Part shown: positions 9,589 through 20,455 of the stretch, one piece after another
Numbering within the stretch: position 1 is the first letter of the stretch
Layout: each line of letters starts with the position of its first letter
From: an uncultured Actinomycetes bacterium
GTDB taxonomy: Bacteria; Actinomycetota; Actinomycetes; S36-B12; CAIYMF01
NCBI GenBank assembly: GCA_963788325.1
Contig: CAWBGJ010000008.1
Location: 5,058 to 69,057 of the forward strand
DNA length: 64,000 nt
Direction: 5' to 3'
Notes under the pieces: generated by a model
What the model was told of the DNA's origin: nothing
The model's database searches: none
The model's input: the letters and a program-made list of their open reading frames with translations, nothing else
Made by a program: the position numbers and the translations under genes

Positions 9589-10560
9589 ATGGCTGACGCG
9601 ACGACCAGCAGCGAGGCCTCGCCCATCAGCGGCGCGAGTGTGCGCCGGGGCGACCGGGTCTTCGGCGGTGTTTCGAAGTACGCCGGGATCACAGTCCTGG
9701 TGATCATGGCCGCCATCGCGGTGTTCCTGGTCTGGAAGTCCATCCCGTCGCTGACCACCAACACCGCCAACTTCTTCACCGAGCAGTCGTGGAACCCCGA
9801 CGGAGACCCTGCGGTGTTCGGCATCGCGGCCCTGGCCTTCGGGACGCTGGTGTCGGCCACGATCGCCATGATCCTGGCGGTGCCCGTCGGGATCGGGATC
9901 GCGCTGTTCATCGTGCTGTACGCCCCGCGGCGGCTGGCCGCCACGCTGGCCTTCATCACCGACCTGCTGGCTGCGGTGCCCTCGATCATCTTCGGCCTGT
10001 GGGGCTTGGAGGTCCTGATCTCGGGCAGTGAGGGCATCCAGCGCTGGATGAGCGACTACCTCGGCTGGACGATCATCTTCAGCAACACCCTGGACCTGTA
10101 CGGCAAGAGCATCTTCATCGCCTCGCTCGTCCTGGCCATCATGATCCTGCCCACGGTGGCTGCCGTCAGCCGCGAGGTCATCCTCCAGGTGCCACCGGGC
10201 CACAAGGAGGCGGCGCTGGCGCTGGGCGCCACCCGCTGGGAGATGGTGCGGATGGCGGTGTTCCCGTTCGCCAAGCCGGGCATGATCTCCGCGGCGATGC
10301 TCGGGCTGGGTCGGGCCCTGGGCGAGACGATCGCCGTGGCGCTGATCCTCTCGGCGGCCTTCACGATCAACGTCCACCTCACCGAGCCCGGCGGCAACAC
10401 GTTCGCCGCGAACATCGCGCTGAAGTGGAACGAGGCGGGCAGCAACGGACTGTCGGCCCTGATCGCCAGCGGCCTGGTGCTGTTCTTCCTCACCCTGACC
10501 GTCAACATGATCGCCCGGTGGATCATCGCCCGGCGCGCGGAATTCTCGGGGGCGAACTGA
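9589..10560 (+). CDS. pstC: Phosphate ABC transporter permease
   Basis: 323 aa, multi-TM, with the EAALALGATRWE EAA-loop motif. Position within the pst operon. Confidence 0.93.
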   Translation: MADATTSSEASPISGASVRRGDRVFGGVSKYAGITVLVIMAAIAVFLVWKSIPSLTTNTANFFTEQSWNPDGDPAVFGIAALAFGTLVSATIAMILAVPVGIGIALFIVLYAPRRLAATLAFITDLLAAVPSIIFGLWGLEVLISGSEGIQRWMSDYLGWTIIFSNTLDLYGKSIFIASLVLAIMILPTVAAVSREVILQVPPGHKEAALALGATRWEMVRMAVFPFAKPGMISAAMLGLGRALGETIAVALILSAAFTINVHLTEPGGNTFAANIALKWNEAGSNGLSALIASGLVLFFLTLTVNMIARWIIARRAEFSGAN

Positions 10561-10561
10561 C

Positions 10562-11617
10562 ATGACGACCACCTTGGACACCCAGCCCTCGACCCACGAC
10601 TCGCTCAAGGGCGGCACGCTGCCCCGATGGGCCCCCGGGCTCGTGGGTGCGATCGCAGTCGGTGGCGCCGTTGCCCTGAACGCCACGACCGGCCTCGCGG
10701 GCTGGTTCGGCACGACCGTCGTCGGCGCGCTGATCTTCGTGGTCCTCCAGAGCATCTGGAGCTTCGCGGTCGAGGGCAAGCGCCACGCGGTCGACCGCCT
10801 GGCCACCACGGCCGTCTACTCCACGTTCGTGATCGCCATCGTCCCGCTGGTCTCCGTGCTGTTCACGGTGCTGGTCAAGGGCCTGAAGGTGATGAGCTGG
10901 GACTTCCTGACCCTGTCCATGCGCAACATCAGCCCGCGCAGTCCCGGCGGTGGCGCTGGCCACGCGATCGTCGGGACTCTCGAGCAGGTCGCGATCGCCG
11001 CAGCGTTCGCGATCCCGGTCGGCATCCTGGCGGCGATCTTCCTCGTGGAGTACGGCCGGGGCCGGCTGGCGAAGGCCATCTCCTTCTTCGTCGACGTGAT
11101 GACCGGCATCCCCTCGATCGTCGCAGGCCTGTTCATCTTCACAGCCTTCGTGCTGGGCCTGGGCCTGGAGCGATCCGGGTTCGCCGCAGCCCTGGCCCTG
11201 GCCATCCTGATGCTGCCGGTGATCATCCGCACCACCGAGGAGATGCTGCGGATCGTGCCCAACGACCTGCGCGAGGCCTCCTACGCCCTGGGCGTGCCAA
11301 AGTGGCGGACCGTGCTCAAGGTCGTGCTCCCGACGTCGCTGGCCGGGATCGTCACCGGCGCGATGCTGGCTGTGGCGCGCGTGGCCGGCGAGACCGCGCC
11401 TCTGCTGCTCACCACGTTCCTGACCCAGAGCTACAACAACAACCCGTTCTCCGGACCGCAGGCCGCCCTCCCCACGTTCATCTGGGACCAGATCACCAGC
11501 GGCACCCCGGCATCGGTCGATCGGGCCTGGGCCGGAGCCCTGGTCCTGATCACCCTGATCATGTTCTTCTACATCGTCGCGAAGCTCCTTGCCAACCGCT
11601 TCGCACCGAAGGGATGA
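10562..11617 (+). CDS. pstA: Phosphate ABC transporter permease
   Basis: 351 aa, multi-TM, with the [15 protein letters not shown]-loop. Position within the pst operon. Confidence 0.93.
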   Translation: MTTTLDTQPSTHDSLKGGTLPRWAPGLVGAIAVGGAVALNATTGLAGWFGTTVVGALIFVVLQSIWSFAVEGKRHAVDRLATTAVYSTFVIAIVPLVSVLFTVLVKGLKVMSWDFLTLSMRNISPRSPGGGAGHAIVGTLEQVAIAAAFAIPVGILAAIFLVEYGRGRLAKAISFFVDVMTGIPSIVAGLFIFTAFVLGLGLERSGFAAALALAILMLPVIIRTTEEMLRIVPNDLREASYALGVPKWRTVLKVVLPTSLAGIVTGAMLAVARVAGETAPLLLTTFLTQSYNNNPFSGPQAALPTFIWDQITSGTPASVDRAWAGALVLITLIMFFYIVAKLLANRFAPKG

Positions 11618-11628
11618 GGCCCCCGCCC

Positions 11629-12408
11629 ATGAGCAAGTCCATCACGATGAAGGACGTCGACATCTACTACGGCTCCTTCAAGGCCGTCGAGGCCGTGTCG
11701 CTGGAGGTCGCACGCAACTCGGTCACGGCGTTCATCGGGCCCTCGGGCTGCGGCAAGTCGACCGTGCTGCGCACGATCAACCGGATGCACGAGGTGATCC
11801 CCGGCGCCCGGGTCGAGGGCAGCGTGCTGCTCGACGACGAGGACATCTACGGACGCGGCGTCGACCCGGTCAACGTGCGACGCACGATCGGCATGGTCTT
11901 CCAGCGGCCCAACCCGTTCCCGACGATGTCGATCGCGGAGAACGTCCTGGCCGGGGTGCGCCTGGCCGGCGAGCGGATGAGCAAGTCGCAGGCGGCCGAC
12001 GTCGTGGAGGAGTCCCTGCGTGGGGCGAACCTCTGGGAGGAGGTCAAGGACCGCCTCGACCGACCCGGTTCCGGGCTGTCCGGCGGCCAGCAGCAACGGC
12101 TGTGCATCGCCCGGGCGATCGCCGTGAAGCCGCAGGTGCTGCTCATGGACGAGCCGTGCTCGGCGCTGGACCCGATCTCCACCCTGGCCATCGAGGACCT
12201 GATCCGCGAGCTCGTCGAGCAGTACACGATCGTGATCGTGACCCACAACATGCAGCAGGCGGGACGGGTGTCGGACACCACGGGCTTCTTCAACCTGGCC
12301 GGGGTCGGCCAGCCGGGTCGGCTGGTCGAGATGGGTTCCACCACCGACATCTTCTCCAACCCGACCCAGCCCGCCACCGAGGACTACATCTCCGGCCGTT
12401 TCGGCTGA
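11629..12408 (+). CDS. pstB: Phosphate ABC transporter ATP-binding protein
   Basis: ATG at 11629 inside the fused ORF 10627..12408. [20 protein letters not shown], Walker [19 protein letters not shown] signature, and the ending SGRFG. Confidence 0.95.
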   Translation: MSKSITMKDVDIYYGSFKAVEAVSLEVARNSVTAFIGPSGCGKSTVLRTINRMHEVIPGARVEGSVLLDDEDIYGRGVDPVNVRRTIGMVFQRPNPFPTMSIAENVLAGVRLAGERMSKSQAADVVEESLRGANLWEEVKDRLDRPGSGLSGGQQQRLCIARAIAVKPQVLLMDEPCSALDPISTLAIEDLIRELVEQYTIVIVTHNMQQAGRVSDTTGFFNLAGVGQPGRLVEMGSTTDIFSNPTQPATEDYISGRFG

Positions 12409-12423
12409 TCCGCCGCGCCTGGG

Positions 12424-12882
12424 TCAGTCGCTCTCGGCGAGGGCTGCCAGACGCCTGATCGAGTCGTCCAGACTCTCGGACGTGGTTGCGCGGGCGCGGG
12501 GTAGGCGCTTCTCGTCGGTCAGGGCGGTCCAGTCGTAGGTGTGCGTGACGCGCGTGCGGGACGAGTCGATCGATTCGAGCTCCCATCGCCAGAGGTGCCC
12601 AGGCGGCACCTGCCCCGGCTCCGCCGGCAGCCACGCGATCCGGGCACCCTCGTCGAACTCGACCACGTGGTTCTCCCGGACCGCGCCCTTCGTGATCGTC
12701 ATGGTGAACACCGCGCCGACGCCGCGGACCCGCTGGCCTGGTTCCGCCTGCGCGAGGTTGTCGTTGCCGTCCCAGCGCGGCTGCTGGGTGGGCTCTGCGA
12801 TGAGTTCGAAGATGCGCTCGGCGCCGGCCTCGAGGTCACGGCTCGCGCTGACGATGCGGGGGACCTCGTCGTCGGTGGGCAT
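12424..12882 (-). CDS. SRPBCC (START/polyketide-cyclase-like) family protein
   Basis: 152 aa from the internal ATG 12882 (MPTDDEVPRIV...). The layout is typical of SRPBCC ligand-binding proteins. The upstream extension of the ORF is Arg/Gly-rich and non-coding-like. Confidence 0.7.
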   Translation of the reverse strand: MPTDDEVPRIVSASRDLEAGAERIFELIAEPTQQPRWDGNDNLAQAEPGQRVRGVGAVFTMTITKGAVRENHVVEFDEGARIAWLPAEPGQVPPGHLWRWELESIDSSRTRVTHTYDWTALTDEKRLPRARATTSESLDDSIRRLAALAESD

Positions 12883-13119
12883 GGCCCCAGTAGAGCACGC
12901 GGCAGGGCGGTCACTCGATCCGTGCCGGGCCTCAGCAGGCGCCCCCGCGGCAGCGGATTCCCCGACTGAACCCACCGCCCGGCGCTGTTTTCCTCGCGCG
13001 CCCGGCCCCGTCGCGTTGCATTGCTGGGCCTGGCCTGGTGTGGCGGGAGCGCTCGATGACCCTGGGCACGCCCGCCCGGAGCCGCAGGAGGTGCACGCGC
13101 CGCCTCCCGGTGGACGCGG

Positions 13120-13273
13120 CCGAAACGGCCGTTCTGGGGCGGTCACGGCTAGCCGGCTCCAGGTGCGCGTGTCGAGTGGTCGTTCTGGTGCTGAACGAGC
13201 GACCCAGAACGACCACTTGGCTTGCGTCGAGGTCGACCCCCCGGCGCAACCTCCGTCAGAACGGCCGTTTCGG
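13120..13273. repeat. 154-bp nested palindromic element (17-bp outer arms, 14-bp inner arms)
   Basis: Outer arms: CCGAAACGGCCGTTCTG (13120-13136) with CAGAACGGCCGTTTCGG (13257-13273). Inner arms: AGTGGTCGTTCTGG (13175-13188) with CCAGAACGACCACT (13204-13217). All four arms carry CGTTCTG(G)/CCAGAACG. It lies in a ~490-bp gene-free gap. Confidence 0.8.
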
Positions 13274-13371
13274 GTGCGCCAGACCTGGGATGCCGATCCG
13301 GCTCCGGTCGCCATCTCGGCCATCTCGGCTTTCCCGACACCCGGGACAAGCTCCGGGTCGCCGCTCTGCGC

Positions 13372-14310
13372 TCAGTCGTGCACCGGCGGCAGGTCGTGTA
13401 GCTCGGTGGCGACGGTCCGCACGGTCAGGTCGATCGGTCGGTTGGTCCACGCACGGTGGAACACGAAGAAGCTGCCGGGTGCCACGCGGTGCACCAGCCG
13501 CGGGCCGCCGCCGGCCTCGCGCAACCCGACGAGCTGATCGGGCATCACCGGCCGGTGCGAGCACAGCACCGTCGGCCACGGCTGGTTGAAGATCTCCACC
13601 GTGCGCTCCAGGCCCGGCGCTGGATCCAGGGCGAAGGCATCCTCGCTGATGGTGGGCTCGAGCCGGATCCCCGACCCCAGGGCGGCGGCCATCGGGCGCA
13701 GGGTGGCCAAGCAGCGCTCAGCATCCGAGGAGTGCAGGTGCCGGACGCCGAACGCCCGCAGGATCGAGATGAGCCGCCGGGCCTCCCACTCACCGTGCGC
13801 CAGCAGTCCACGCGCAGGGTCGCCGCGGTCCCGGCCCGTCCGGCGCGCCCAGTCCGTGCGCTTCTCGGCAGTCGTGTGGCGCAGAAGGACGAACGGGATC
13901 GTCGGTGGGGTGCGGGCGGCCAGGGCGATCAGCTCCCCGTCGCGCGGGTAGGTCATCGCTGCGATGGCGGCCTTGGGATGCAGCCAGCGCATCCGGTCGA
14001 CCTCCTTGTTCTCGACGAAGTCGCCGTCCACGACGCTGGCCCGCCAGTACTCGACCTTCTTGGGCACCCCATCCACCCGGTAGTGCTGCGTGGGCAGCGG
14101 GACGTCGAGGACGGGCCGGAAGCCGGTCTCCTCGATGCACTCGCGCACCGCAGCCTCGATGCCGCCCTCGCCGGGCTCCAGCTTGCCCTTGGGCAATGAC
14201 CAGTCCCGGCGCCGCCGCCGATGGATCACCCCGACCTCGAGGTCCTTGCCCAGGCCGCGGGTGAGCACGACGCCAGCAGCGTGGATCTCGGTGCGCGCGG
14301 AGGAGGCCAT
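13372..14310 (-). CDS. mutT1: Nudix hydrolase fused to a histidine-phosphatase (SixA-like) domain, MutT1 type
   Basis: 312 aa. Nudix box GKLEPGEGGIEAAVRECIEETG, then a C-terminal FVLLRHTTAEKR histidine-phosphatase start. It neighbours ppk, as I recall for mycobacterial mutT1. Confidence 0.75.
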   Translation of the reverse strand: MASSARTEIHAAGVVLTRGLGKDLEVGVIHRRRRRDWSLPKGKLEPGEGGIEAAVRECIEETGFRPVLDVPLPTQHYRVDGVPKKVEYWRASVVDGDFVENKEVDRMRWLHPKAAIAAMTYPRDGELIALAARTPPTIPFVLLRHTTAEKRTDWARRTGRDRGDPARGLLAHGEWEARRLISILRAFGVRHLHSSDAERCLATLRPMAAALGSGIRLEPTISEDAFALDPAPGLERTVEIFNQPWPTVLCSHRPVMPDQLVGLREAGGGPRLVHRVAPGSFFVFHRAWTNRPIDLTVRTVATELHDLPPVHD

Positions 14311-14313
14311 GGC

Positions 14314-15852
14314 TCAGCCCAAGGAGGTCTGCGCCCGCTGGCGACGCACACCGGGCCACTTCTCGGTCATCTTGACCCGGGCGATCAGCTCGCACTCGAC
14401 CTGATAGGCGGCCAACTGGCCCAGGGCGAACCCGGTGGGGCCATCGAAGCTCTCGGCGAGCTCTCGGCAGGCCTCCTGCGCGATGTAGGCATCCTGGTGC
14501 TCACCGAGCTGCTCGGTGACTTCTCCCAGGGCGCTGGCCAGGCCCTTGGCTGAGGCGCCGAACACCGGGGCCAGCGCCTCGGCCGCGTACCGGGCACGCT
14601 TGGCGGTGATCCGGGTCTCGTGCCACTCGTCGGCCGGGCCGTGCAGCGTCAACGCCTTGACCTCCTTGGCCAGTTTGCGCCACGCCTTGTCGAACAGCGG
14701 GGGGAGGGCCTCTCGGCTCGGACTCTGCGCTGCGGGAGTCAGCCGTGGGTGGTTGGCGGCGTCGACCAGGGCGTCGAGCAGGGCCAGGTGGCGCTGCGAT
14801 CCCAGCGCTTCGAGGGCCTCGGCCCGCCCGGCCGCGACCTTGCCGGTCATCATCGGGTCGACGTGCTCGTGGATCAGGGCCGCATCGGCGGCACCGAGCT
14901 CGTCGGCATGGGCTTCCAAGCGGGCCAGCAGCACCTCGGAGTCCCGGCTCAGGCCCAGTTCGGAGGCCGTCCAGCCCAACTCGTCGCGCAGGTGCCGTGA
15001 CCAGCCGTCGTCGACCAGCGGGGCGAACACGCGCAGCCCACTGCGCAGTCGCCGCGCCGCCACGCGCATCTGGTGCACGGAGTCGGGCAGGTCCCGGCGG
15101 ACGCGGGCGTCCTGGAGCAGGAAGCGGCGCACATGGGTCACCAGGTGGGCGTGCACGGCCTCGCCAGCGGGGTCGTCGGGGGTCACCCGCACCGGCTGCG
15201 GGACCTCCGGTCCCGCGTCGGCGGCCGGGCCCAGGACGCTGCGCGTGCGCGACATGCCGCCCGGCACGGCCCCGTGGGCGGCCAGGAGGTCCAGCAGCGG
15301 CGCCAGCAGCGTGTCGTCCACGGTCAGGGGGCGCAGCGTGAGCTCCCGGAACCGCCCGGCCACGACCTTGCCGTCCATGATCGACACGACCTCGTCGACC
15401 AGCTCGGCGACCGGCTCGTCGGCCTCGTCGAGCAGCGTCGCGGCCCTGCGGTCCACGGACAGGTGCGCCACGCGGACCAGGGGCTCTCGGCGGGCCAGAG
15501 CGGTCACCGCATCCGCGAGCTCGGCGGGCGCCCGGCCCGGCCGGCCGGCAGACAGGGGCAGCACCACTTCCTCGGCCGGGGCCTGGTCGCCATCGGTGGG
15601 CAGGCGCAGGTGCCAGCCCTCGTCGGAGCCACCGGACCGTCGGGTGAGCATGGCGCCCCAGCGGATCAGTCGCAGGTCAGCGGTGTCGTGGTACTCGTGG
15701 GCCACCGTCTGGGTGGCCCCGGCCTCGACCCGGCCGATCCCGGTGGTCACGGTCGCTCCCGCCAGGCCCGGGACTGTGCCGACCAGGTCGGGCATGCGGA
15801 ACAGCGCGTGGACACGCAGGACATGGGCTGCGGGGGTGGTCAACTCGGTCAC
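14314..15852 (-). CDS. CYTH and CHAD domain-containing protein
   Basis: 512 aa. N-terminal CYTH-like strands (EYHDTADLRL...GWHLRLP) and C-terminal CHAD helices (VHQMRVAARRLRSGLRVF). It lies between ppk and the Nudix gene. Confidence 0.8.
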   Translation of the reverse strand: MTELTTPAAHVLRVHALFRMPDLVGTVPGLAGATVTTGIGRVEAGATQTVAHEYHDTADLRLIRWGAMLTRRSGGSDEGWHLRLPTDGDQAPAEEVVLPLSAGRPGRAPAELADAVTALARREPLVRVAHLSVDRRAATLLDEADEPVAELVDEVVSIMDGKVVAGRFRELTLRPLTVDDTLLAPLLDLLAAHGAVPGGMSRTRSVLGPAADAGPEVPQPVRVTPDDPAGEAVHAHLVTHVRRFLLQDARVRRDLPDSVHQMRVAARRLRSGLRVFAPLVDDGWSRHLRDELGWTASELGLSRDSEVLLARLEAHADELGAADAALIHEHVDPMMTGKVAAGRAEALEALGSQRHLALLDALVDAANHPRLTPAAQSPSREALPPLFDKAWRKLAKEVKALTLHGPADEWHETRITAKRARYAAEALAPVFGASAKGLASALGEVTEQLGEHQDAYIAQEACRELAESFDGPTGFALGQLAAYQVECELIARVKMTEKWPGVRRQRAQTSLG

Positions 15853-15920
15853 TCCGGGGGCCTCTCGCGGGGTGCATCAGCGGGATCGGGGGCAGCATCG
15901 CATCCGAAGGTGAACAACGA

Positions 15921-18083
15921 TCACCCGGTCGTCCGCCGTGAGCGGCTCGCCCTGGAGTCGATCATGAACTCCTGCAGGTCGATGCACTGCTCACCCGAGG
16001 CGTCCCGGGTGTGCGGTGCCCAGGTGCCGTCGGGCTGGCCGATCCAGGCCTTGGTCGTGTCGTCGAAGCCCCGGTCGAACAGGTCCGAGACGTAGCGGGC
16101 ATGCTCGGCCCCCAGGCTCACGAGGACCTCGACGCGGCGGTCGAGGTTGCGGTGCATCAGGTCCGCCGATCCGATCCAGGTCTCGGTCGCCCCCGCGTTG
16201 GCGAACTCGTAGGCGCGGCTGTGCTCGAGGAACCGGCCAAGGACCGAGTGGGCCCGGATGTTCTCGCTGAGCCCCGGCACCCCGGGGCGGATCGCGCAGA
16301 TGCCGCGCACCCACACGTCGACCGGCACCCCGGCCTGGCTGGCCCGGTACAGCGCGTCGATGATGCCCTCGTCGACGATCGCGTTGCACTTGAAGCGCAC
16401 CCGAGCGGGCAGCCCGGCGCGGTGGTTGGCCACCTCGCGCTCGATCCGCTCGACCAGGCCGGCACGGATCGAGTGCGGTGCCACCAGCAGGCGCTGGTAG
16501 GCGGTGTTCATCGAGTAGCCGGACAGCACGTTGAACACGTGCGAGACGTCCTCGCCCACGGCCGGATCGGTGGTCAGCAGGCCCATGTCCTCGTAGAGCC
16601 GGGCCGTCTTGGGGTGGTAGTTGCCGGTGCCGATGTGCACGTAGCGGCGCAGCCGGTCACCGTCGTCGCGCACGACCATGCTCAACTTGCAGTGGGTCTT
16701 GAGCCCGACCAGGCCGTAGACCACGTGCACGCCCTGGCGCTCGAGCTTGCGCGCCCAGCTGATGTTGGCCTGCTCGTCGAACCGGGCCTTGATCTCCACC
16801 AGGGCCAGCACCTGCTTGCCCGCCTGCGCCGCGTCGATCAGGGCGTCGACGATCGGGGAGTCCCCCGAGGTCCGGTACAGCGTCTGCTTGATCGCCAGGA
16901 CCTTCGGGTCGGCGGCGGCCTGCTCGAGGAAGCGCTGGACGCTGGTCGAGAAGCTGTCGTAGGGATGGTGCAGGAGCACATCGTGGTCGCGCATGGCCTC
17001 GAGGACGTCCGGTGGAGCGGCGGTCTCCACCTCAGTCAGCTGAGGGCTCGTCTTGGGCAGGAACGGCGCCTCCTTGAGGTCCTCGCGGTCCAGCCCGACG
17101 ATCGTCCACAGCCCCGTCAGGTCCAGCGGCCCGGGCAGCGCGAAGACCTCCTCGGCGGGGATGCCGAGCTCGCGCACGAGCAGCTCGAGCACGTACGGGT
17201 CGATCGATCGCTCGACCTCGAGGCGCACCGGCGGGCCGAACCGGCGGCGCATGAGCTCGCGCTCGAGGGCCTTGAGCAGGTTCTCGGCGTCGTCCTCCTC
17301 GACCTCGACATCCTCGTTGCGGGTCACCCGGAACGAGTGCTGCTGGAGGATCTCCATGCCCGGGAACAGGTCGGACAGGTTCGCGGCGATCACGTCCTCG
17401 AGCGGGACGAAGCGCTGGGGTCCCACCTCGGCGAAGCGCGGCAGGCTCGGGGGCACCTTGACCCGGGCGAACAGCTCGTTGCCCGTGTCCGGGTTGCGCA
17501 CGACCACCGCGAGGTTGAGGCTCAGGCCCGAGATGTAGGGGAACGGGTGCGCGGGATCCACGGCCAGCGGGGTGAGCACCGGGAACACCTTGTCCAGGAA
17601 CATCTGGCGCAGCGCTGCCCGCTCGTCCTCGCTGGCCTGGTGGTAGCGCAGCAGCTGGATCCCCTGGGCGCGCAGCCCCGGCAGCACGGATTCGCCGAAG
17701 CAGGCGGCATGGCGGTCCAGCAGTGCGCGGGTGCGGCTGAGCAGGACTTCGAGCAGGTCGCGGGGCATCAGGCCACTGGCGGCGCGCACCGCGATCCCGG
17801 CGTCGATCCGGCGCTTGAGACCCGCGACCCGGACCATGAAGAACTCATCGAGGTTCGAGGCGAAGATGGCCAGGAACTTGGCCCGCTCGAGCAGCGGCAG
17901 CGCCTCGTCCTCGGCCAGTTCCAGGACGCGCTCGTTGAAGGCCAGCCAGGACAGCTCGCGGTCGGCGAACCGATCGGCGGCCAGCGGCGCTGCGGCAGGC
18001 GGTGCGGGGTCCTGCGCGTCCGGCGTACCGGTCGCGGAGTGCGTCACAGTGCTGGACACGTCCACCTCCTCGCGGATCCGCAA
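15921..18083 (-). CDS. ppk: Polyphosphate kinase 1
   Basis: 720 aa. [30 protein letters not shown] and two PLD-like HKD-type regions ([17 protein letters not shown]). The exact start codon is uncertain. Confidence 0.95.
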   Translation of the reverse strand: MRIREEVDVSSTVTHSATGTPDAQDPAPPAAAPLAADRFADRELSWLAFNERVLELAEDEALPLLERAKFLAIFASNLDEFFMVRVAGLKRRIDAGIAVRAASGLMPRDLLEVLLSRTRALLDRHAACFGESVLPGLRAQGIQLLRYHQASEDERAALRQMFLDKVFPVLTPLAVDPAHPFPYISGLSLNLAVVVRNPDTGNELFARVKVPPSLPRFAEVGPQRFVPLEDVIAANLSDLFPGMEILQQHSFRVTRNEDVEVEEDDAENLLKALERELMRRRFGPPVRLEVERSIDPYVLELLVRELGIPAEEVFALPGPLDLTGLWTIVGLDREDLKEAPFLPKTSPQLTEVETAAPPDVLEAMRDHDVLLHHPYDSFSTSVQRFLEQAAADPKVLAIKQTLYRTSGDSPIVDALIDAAQAGKQVLALVEIKARFDEQANISWARKLERQGVHVVYGLVGLKTHCKLSMVVRDDGDRLRRYVHIGTGNYHPKTARLYEDMGLLTTDPAVGEDVSHVFNVLSGYSMNTAYQRLLVAPHSIRAGLVERIEREVANHRAGLPARVRFKCNAIVDEGIIDALYRASQAGVPVDVWVRGICAIRPGVPGLSENIRAHSVLGRFLEHSRAYEFANAGATETWIGSADLMHRNLDRRVEVLVSLGAEHARYVSDLFDRGFDDTTKAWIGQPDGTWAPHTRDASGEQCIDLQEFMIDSRASRSRRTTG

Positions 18084-18121
18084 GACAGTCCAGTCCCGTA
18101 GCTGCTGCGGTCCTTGGGAGT

Positions 18122-19075
18122 CTATCGACGGAAGAGCGTATCGCTGTCCCAGGCGGCGAATCCGAGCGCGCGGTACAGCGAGATGGCCCCGGCGTTGTCG
18201 GCGTCCACGTACAGCAGGGCGGTCGGCAGGCCGCGCTGGCGCAGGTGCGCCAGGCCCGCGACCGTCAGCGCCCGGCCCAGCCCCCGGCCCCGGTGGTCGG
18301 GGTCGACGCCCACCACGTACACCTCGCCCAAGGGATCGTGGACATGCCCGGGGGCCTGGTCACCGGAGTGGCTGTGATCGTGGTCGTGCACCTTCGTCCA
18401 GTGGAACCCGACCAGCCGGTCCTCGGCATCGTGGGCCATCAGGAAGCCGACCGGGTCGAACCACGGCTCAGCCATGCGGCGATCGAGGTCCTCGGCGGTC
18501 CACCCACCCTGGTCGGGCAGGTCGGTGAACGCGCGTGCGTTGAGGTCGAGCCAGTCGTCGATGTCGCGCGAGGCGTCGAACGCGCGCAGCCGGATCCCCT
18601 CGGGCAGCGCCAGCGGCTCGAGGGGTGCGAACAGCGAGCGGCGCAGCTGCAGCAACCGGCGGACCTGGTGCAGCCCGTGTGCTGCGGCGAGCTGACCGGT
18701 GGCCGCTGACGTGCCGTGCGCCCACAGGCGCAGCCGGCCGGGCTGCTGGTCGGCGATCCTGACGACCTCGGCGATGAGCATCCCGCCGACGCCCCGGTGC
18801 CGGGCCGCCGGGCTGACGGCCACCTCGGCCGCCGGGCCCTCGGCCGGGTCGGACAGGTCCAGGTGCGCGTAGCCCAGCAGCGCGCCGGTGGCAGGTTCGG
18901 CGGCCAGCACGTGCATGGCCGGGCCGCTGCCGTGGCGCAGGTGCAGCACGACGTGCTCGCTGAGCGGGTGGGCGCCGTCGGCGTGCGCCGCAGCCTCAGC
19001 CAGCGCCAGGACCGTGCGGACCTCCGGCGCGCTCAGGTGCGATGTCGTGCGCAGGTGGGCGACGTCCGCGCTCAC
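18122..19075 (-). CDS. mshD: Mycothiol synthase (two-GNAT-domain acetyltransferase)
   Basis: 317 aa with duplicated GNAT folds (HRGVGG..., [11 protein letters not shown]). It is adjacent to glnR, as in mycobacterial synteny. Confidence 0.85.
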   Translation of the reverse strand: MSADVAHLRTTSHLSAPEVRTVLALAEAAAHADGAHPLSEHVVLHLRHGSGPAMHVLAAEPATGALLGYAHLDLSDPAEGPAAEVAVSPAARHRGVGGMLIAEVVRIADQQPGRLRLWAHGTSAATGQLAAAHGLHQVRRLLQLRRSLFAPLEPLALPEGIRLRAFDASRDIDDWLDLNARAFTDLPDQGGWTAEDLDRRMAEPWFDPVGFLMAHDAEDRLVGFHWTKVHDHDHSHSGDQAPGHVHDPLGEVYVVGVDPDHRGRGLGRALTVAGLAHLRQRGLPTALLYVDADNAGAISLYRALGFAAWDSDTLFRR

Positions 19076-19806
19076 CGCAGGGCCGGGTCCCGCAGGGTCG
19101 CCGCAGTGTGCAAGTCCAGGGCGACGTCATCCTGGCGCGGGGGGACGAAGCGGTAGCCGACGTTGCGCACGGTACCGATGAGGCCCTCGTGCTCCGCGCC
19201 GAGCTTCGCGCGCAGCCGGCGCACGTGCACGTCCACCGTGCGGGTGCCACCGAAGTAGTCGTAGCCCCAGACCTCCTGGAGCAGCTGAGCGCGGGTGAAG
19301 ACCCGGCCGGCATGCGTGGCCAGGAAGCGCAGCAGCTCGAACTCCTTGAACGTCAGGTCCAGGCTGCGCCCGCGGATCCGTGCGCTGTAGGCGCTCTCGT
19401 CGATGGCCAGGTCGCCCAGGCGCAGCTCGCCGTCGGTGTCGACCTCGTCGGCCACGGCCACCCGTCCGATGGCCAGGCGCAGGCGCGCCTCGACCTCCGC
19501 GGGGCCAGCGGCATCGAGGATCACGTCGTCGATGCCCCATTCGGCGTTCACTGCGGCCAGGCCACCCTCGGTGGTGATCAGCAGCACCGGGCACTCGACG
19601 CCGGTCTGGCGGATCAGCCGGCTGAGGGCTCGTACGTGGGCCAGGTCGCGACGACCGTCGATGAGCAGAGCGTCGGCCGGCGGCGCGTTGAGCAGGGCAC
19701 TGGCCTCGGCCGGCATCACCCGGACGTGATGGGCCAGCAGGCCCAAGGCGGGCAGGACCTCACCGGAGGGGCCCAGGGAGGCGGTCATCAGCAGGAGCCT
19801 GCTCAT
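19072..19806 (-). CDS. glnR: Orphan OmpR-family response regulator GlnR (nitrogen regulator)
   Basis: 244 aa from the internal ATG 19806. [30 protein letters not shown]...[55 protein letters not shown] closely matches my recollection of Streptomyces/Mycobacterium GlnR. No cognate kinase is adjacent. Confidence 0.85.
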   Translation of the reverse strand: MSRLLLMTASLGPSGEVLPALGLLAHHVRVMPAEASALLNAPPADALLIDGRRDLAHVRALSRLIRQTGVECPVLLITTEGGLAAVNAEWGIDDVILDAAGPAEVEARLRLAIGRVAVADEVDTDGELRLGDLAIDESAYSARIRGRSLDLTFKEFELLRFLATHAGRVFTRAQLLQEVWGYDYFGGTRTVDVHVRRLRAKLGAEHEGLIGTVRNVGYRFVPPRQDDVALDLHTAATLRDPALR

Positions 19807-19894
19807 GGGGAACCTCGCAGCCGTTCGGGGTCGGTGTGGGTCAAGGATACGCGAGGGCGGGAATCGCGGCCACGAGCAGTGCGTTGCACATGCC

Positions 19895-20455
19895 ATGACC
19901 GGGGTCTACCTACTGTTGATCGTGCTCGGCGCTGCGACGGCGTTCGGCCTGTGGCGTCGCTCCACCGACGGCCGGATGCGCGCGGTGGCCGGTGCGCCGG
20001 TGTCCGCGGCCCCGACCGCGACCCGGGTCGCACCGCCCGCCGCTGGACCGGATGAGCCAGCCGGCGCGTCGGTTGCTGATGACTCCGAGCCGTTGCTGGT
20101 CGAGGGCCACCCGATCGAGGTGACCGACCATACGGTCATCGGCGAGGTGGAGATCCTGGCTGAAGTCGATCTCGGGGCCCCGCTGGGCGAGCAGGCCACC
20201 CTCCTGCAGTTCTCGTCGGCGTTCTGCAGCCCGTGCCGGGCCACCCGAGTGGTGCTGGCCGACGTCGCGGGGATGGTGTCCGGCGTGGTGCACATCGAGG
20301 TCGACGCCGAGTCGCATCTGGACCTGGTCCGCGAGCTGGACGTGACCCGCACGCCCACAGTGCTGGTCCTGGACCGCACCGGCCGGATCCGGTCCCGGGC
20401 CACCGGGGCCCCGCGCAAGGCCGATGTGATCGCAGCTCTGGGCCAGGTCGTCTAG
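19895..20455 (+). CDS. Membrane-anchored thioredoxin-like protein (ThiX-like)
   Basis: 186 aa from the internal ATG 19895. N-terminal TM helix, an FCSPC redox motif and a thioredoxin-fold C-terminus. Its stop shares a CTAG with the convergent hutG stop. Confidence 0.75.
   Translation: MTGVYLLLIVLGAATAFGLWRRSTDGRMRAVAGAPVSAAPTATRVAPPAAGPDEPAGASVADDSEPLLVEGHPIEVTDHTVIGEVEILAEVDLGAPLGEQATLLQFSSAFCSPCRATRVVLADVAGMVSGVVHIEVDAESHLDLVRELDVTRTPTVLVLDRTGRIRSRATGAPRKADVIAALGQVV

Noticed and set aside
10627-11628. The upstream part of ORF 10627..12408 (593 aa), which appears to fuse with pstB.
   Set aside because: It is an alternative frame of pstA with an Arg/Pro-rich translation. pstB begins at ATG 11629 with the canonical N-terminus.
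12394-12404. An 11-nt identity (GGCCGTTTCGG) between the pstB 3' end and the right arm of the nested palindrome (13263-13273), considered as evidence for a relic pstB/phoT duplication.
   Set aside because: The match is too short. Flanking similarity is weak and needs gaps, and there is no residual reading frame.
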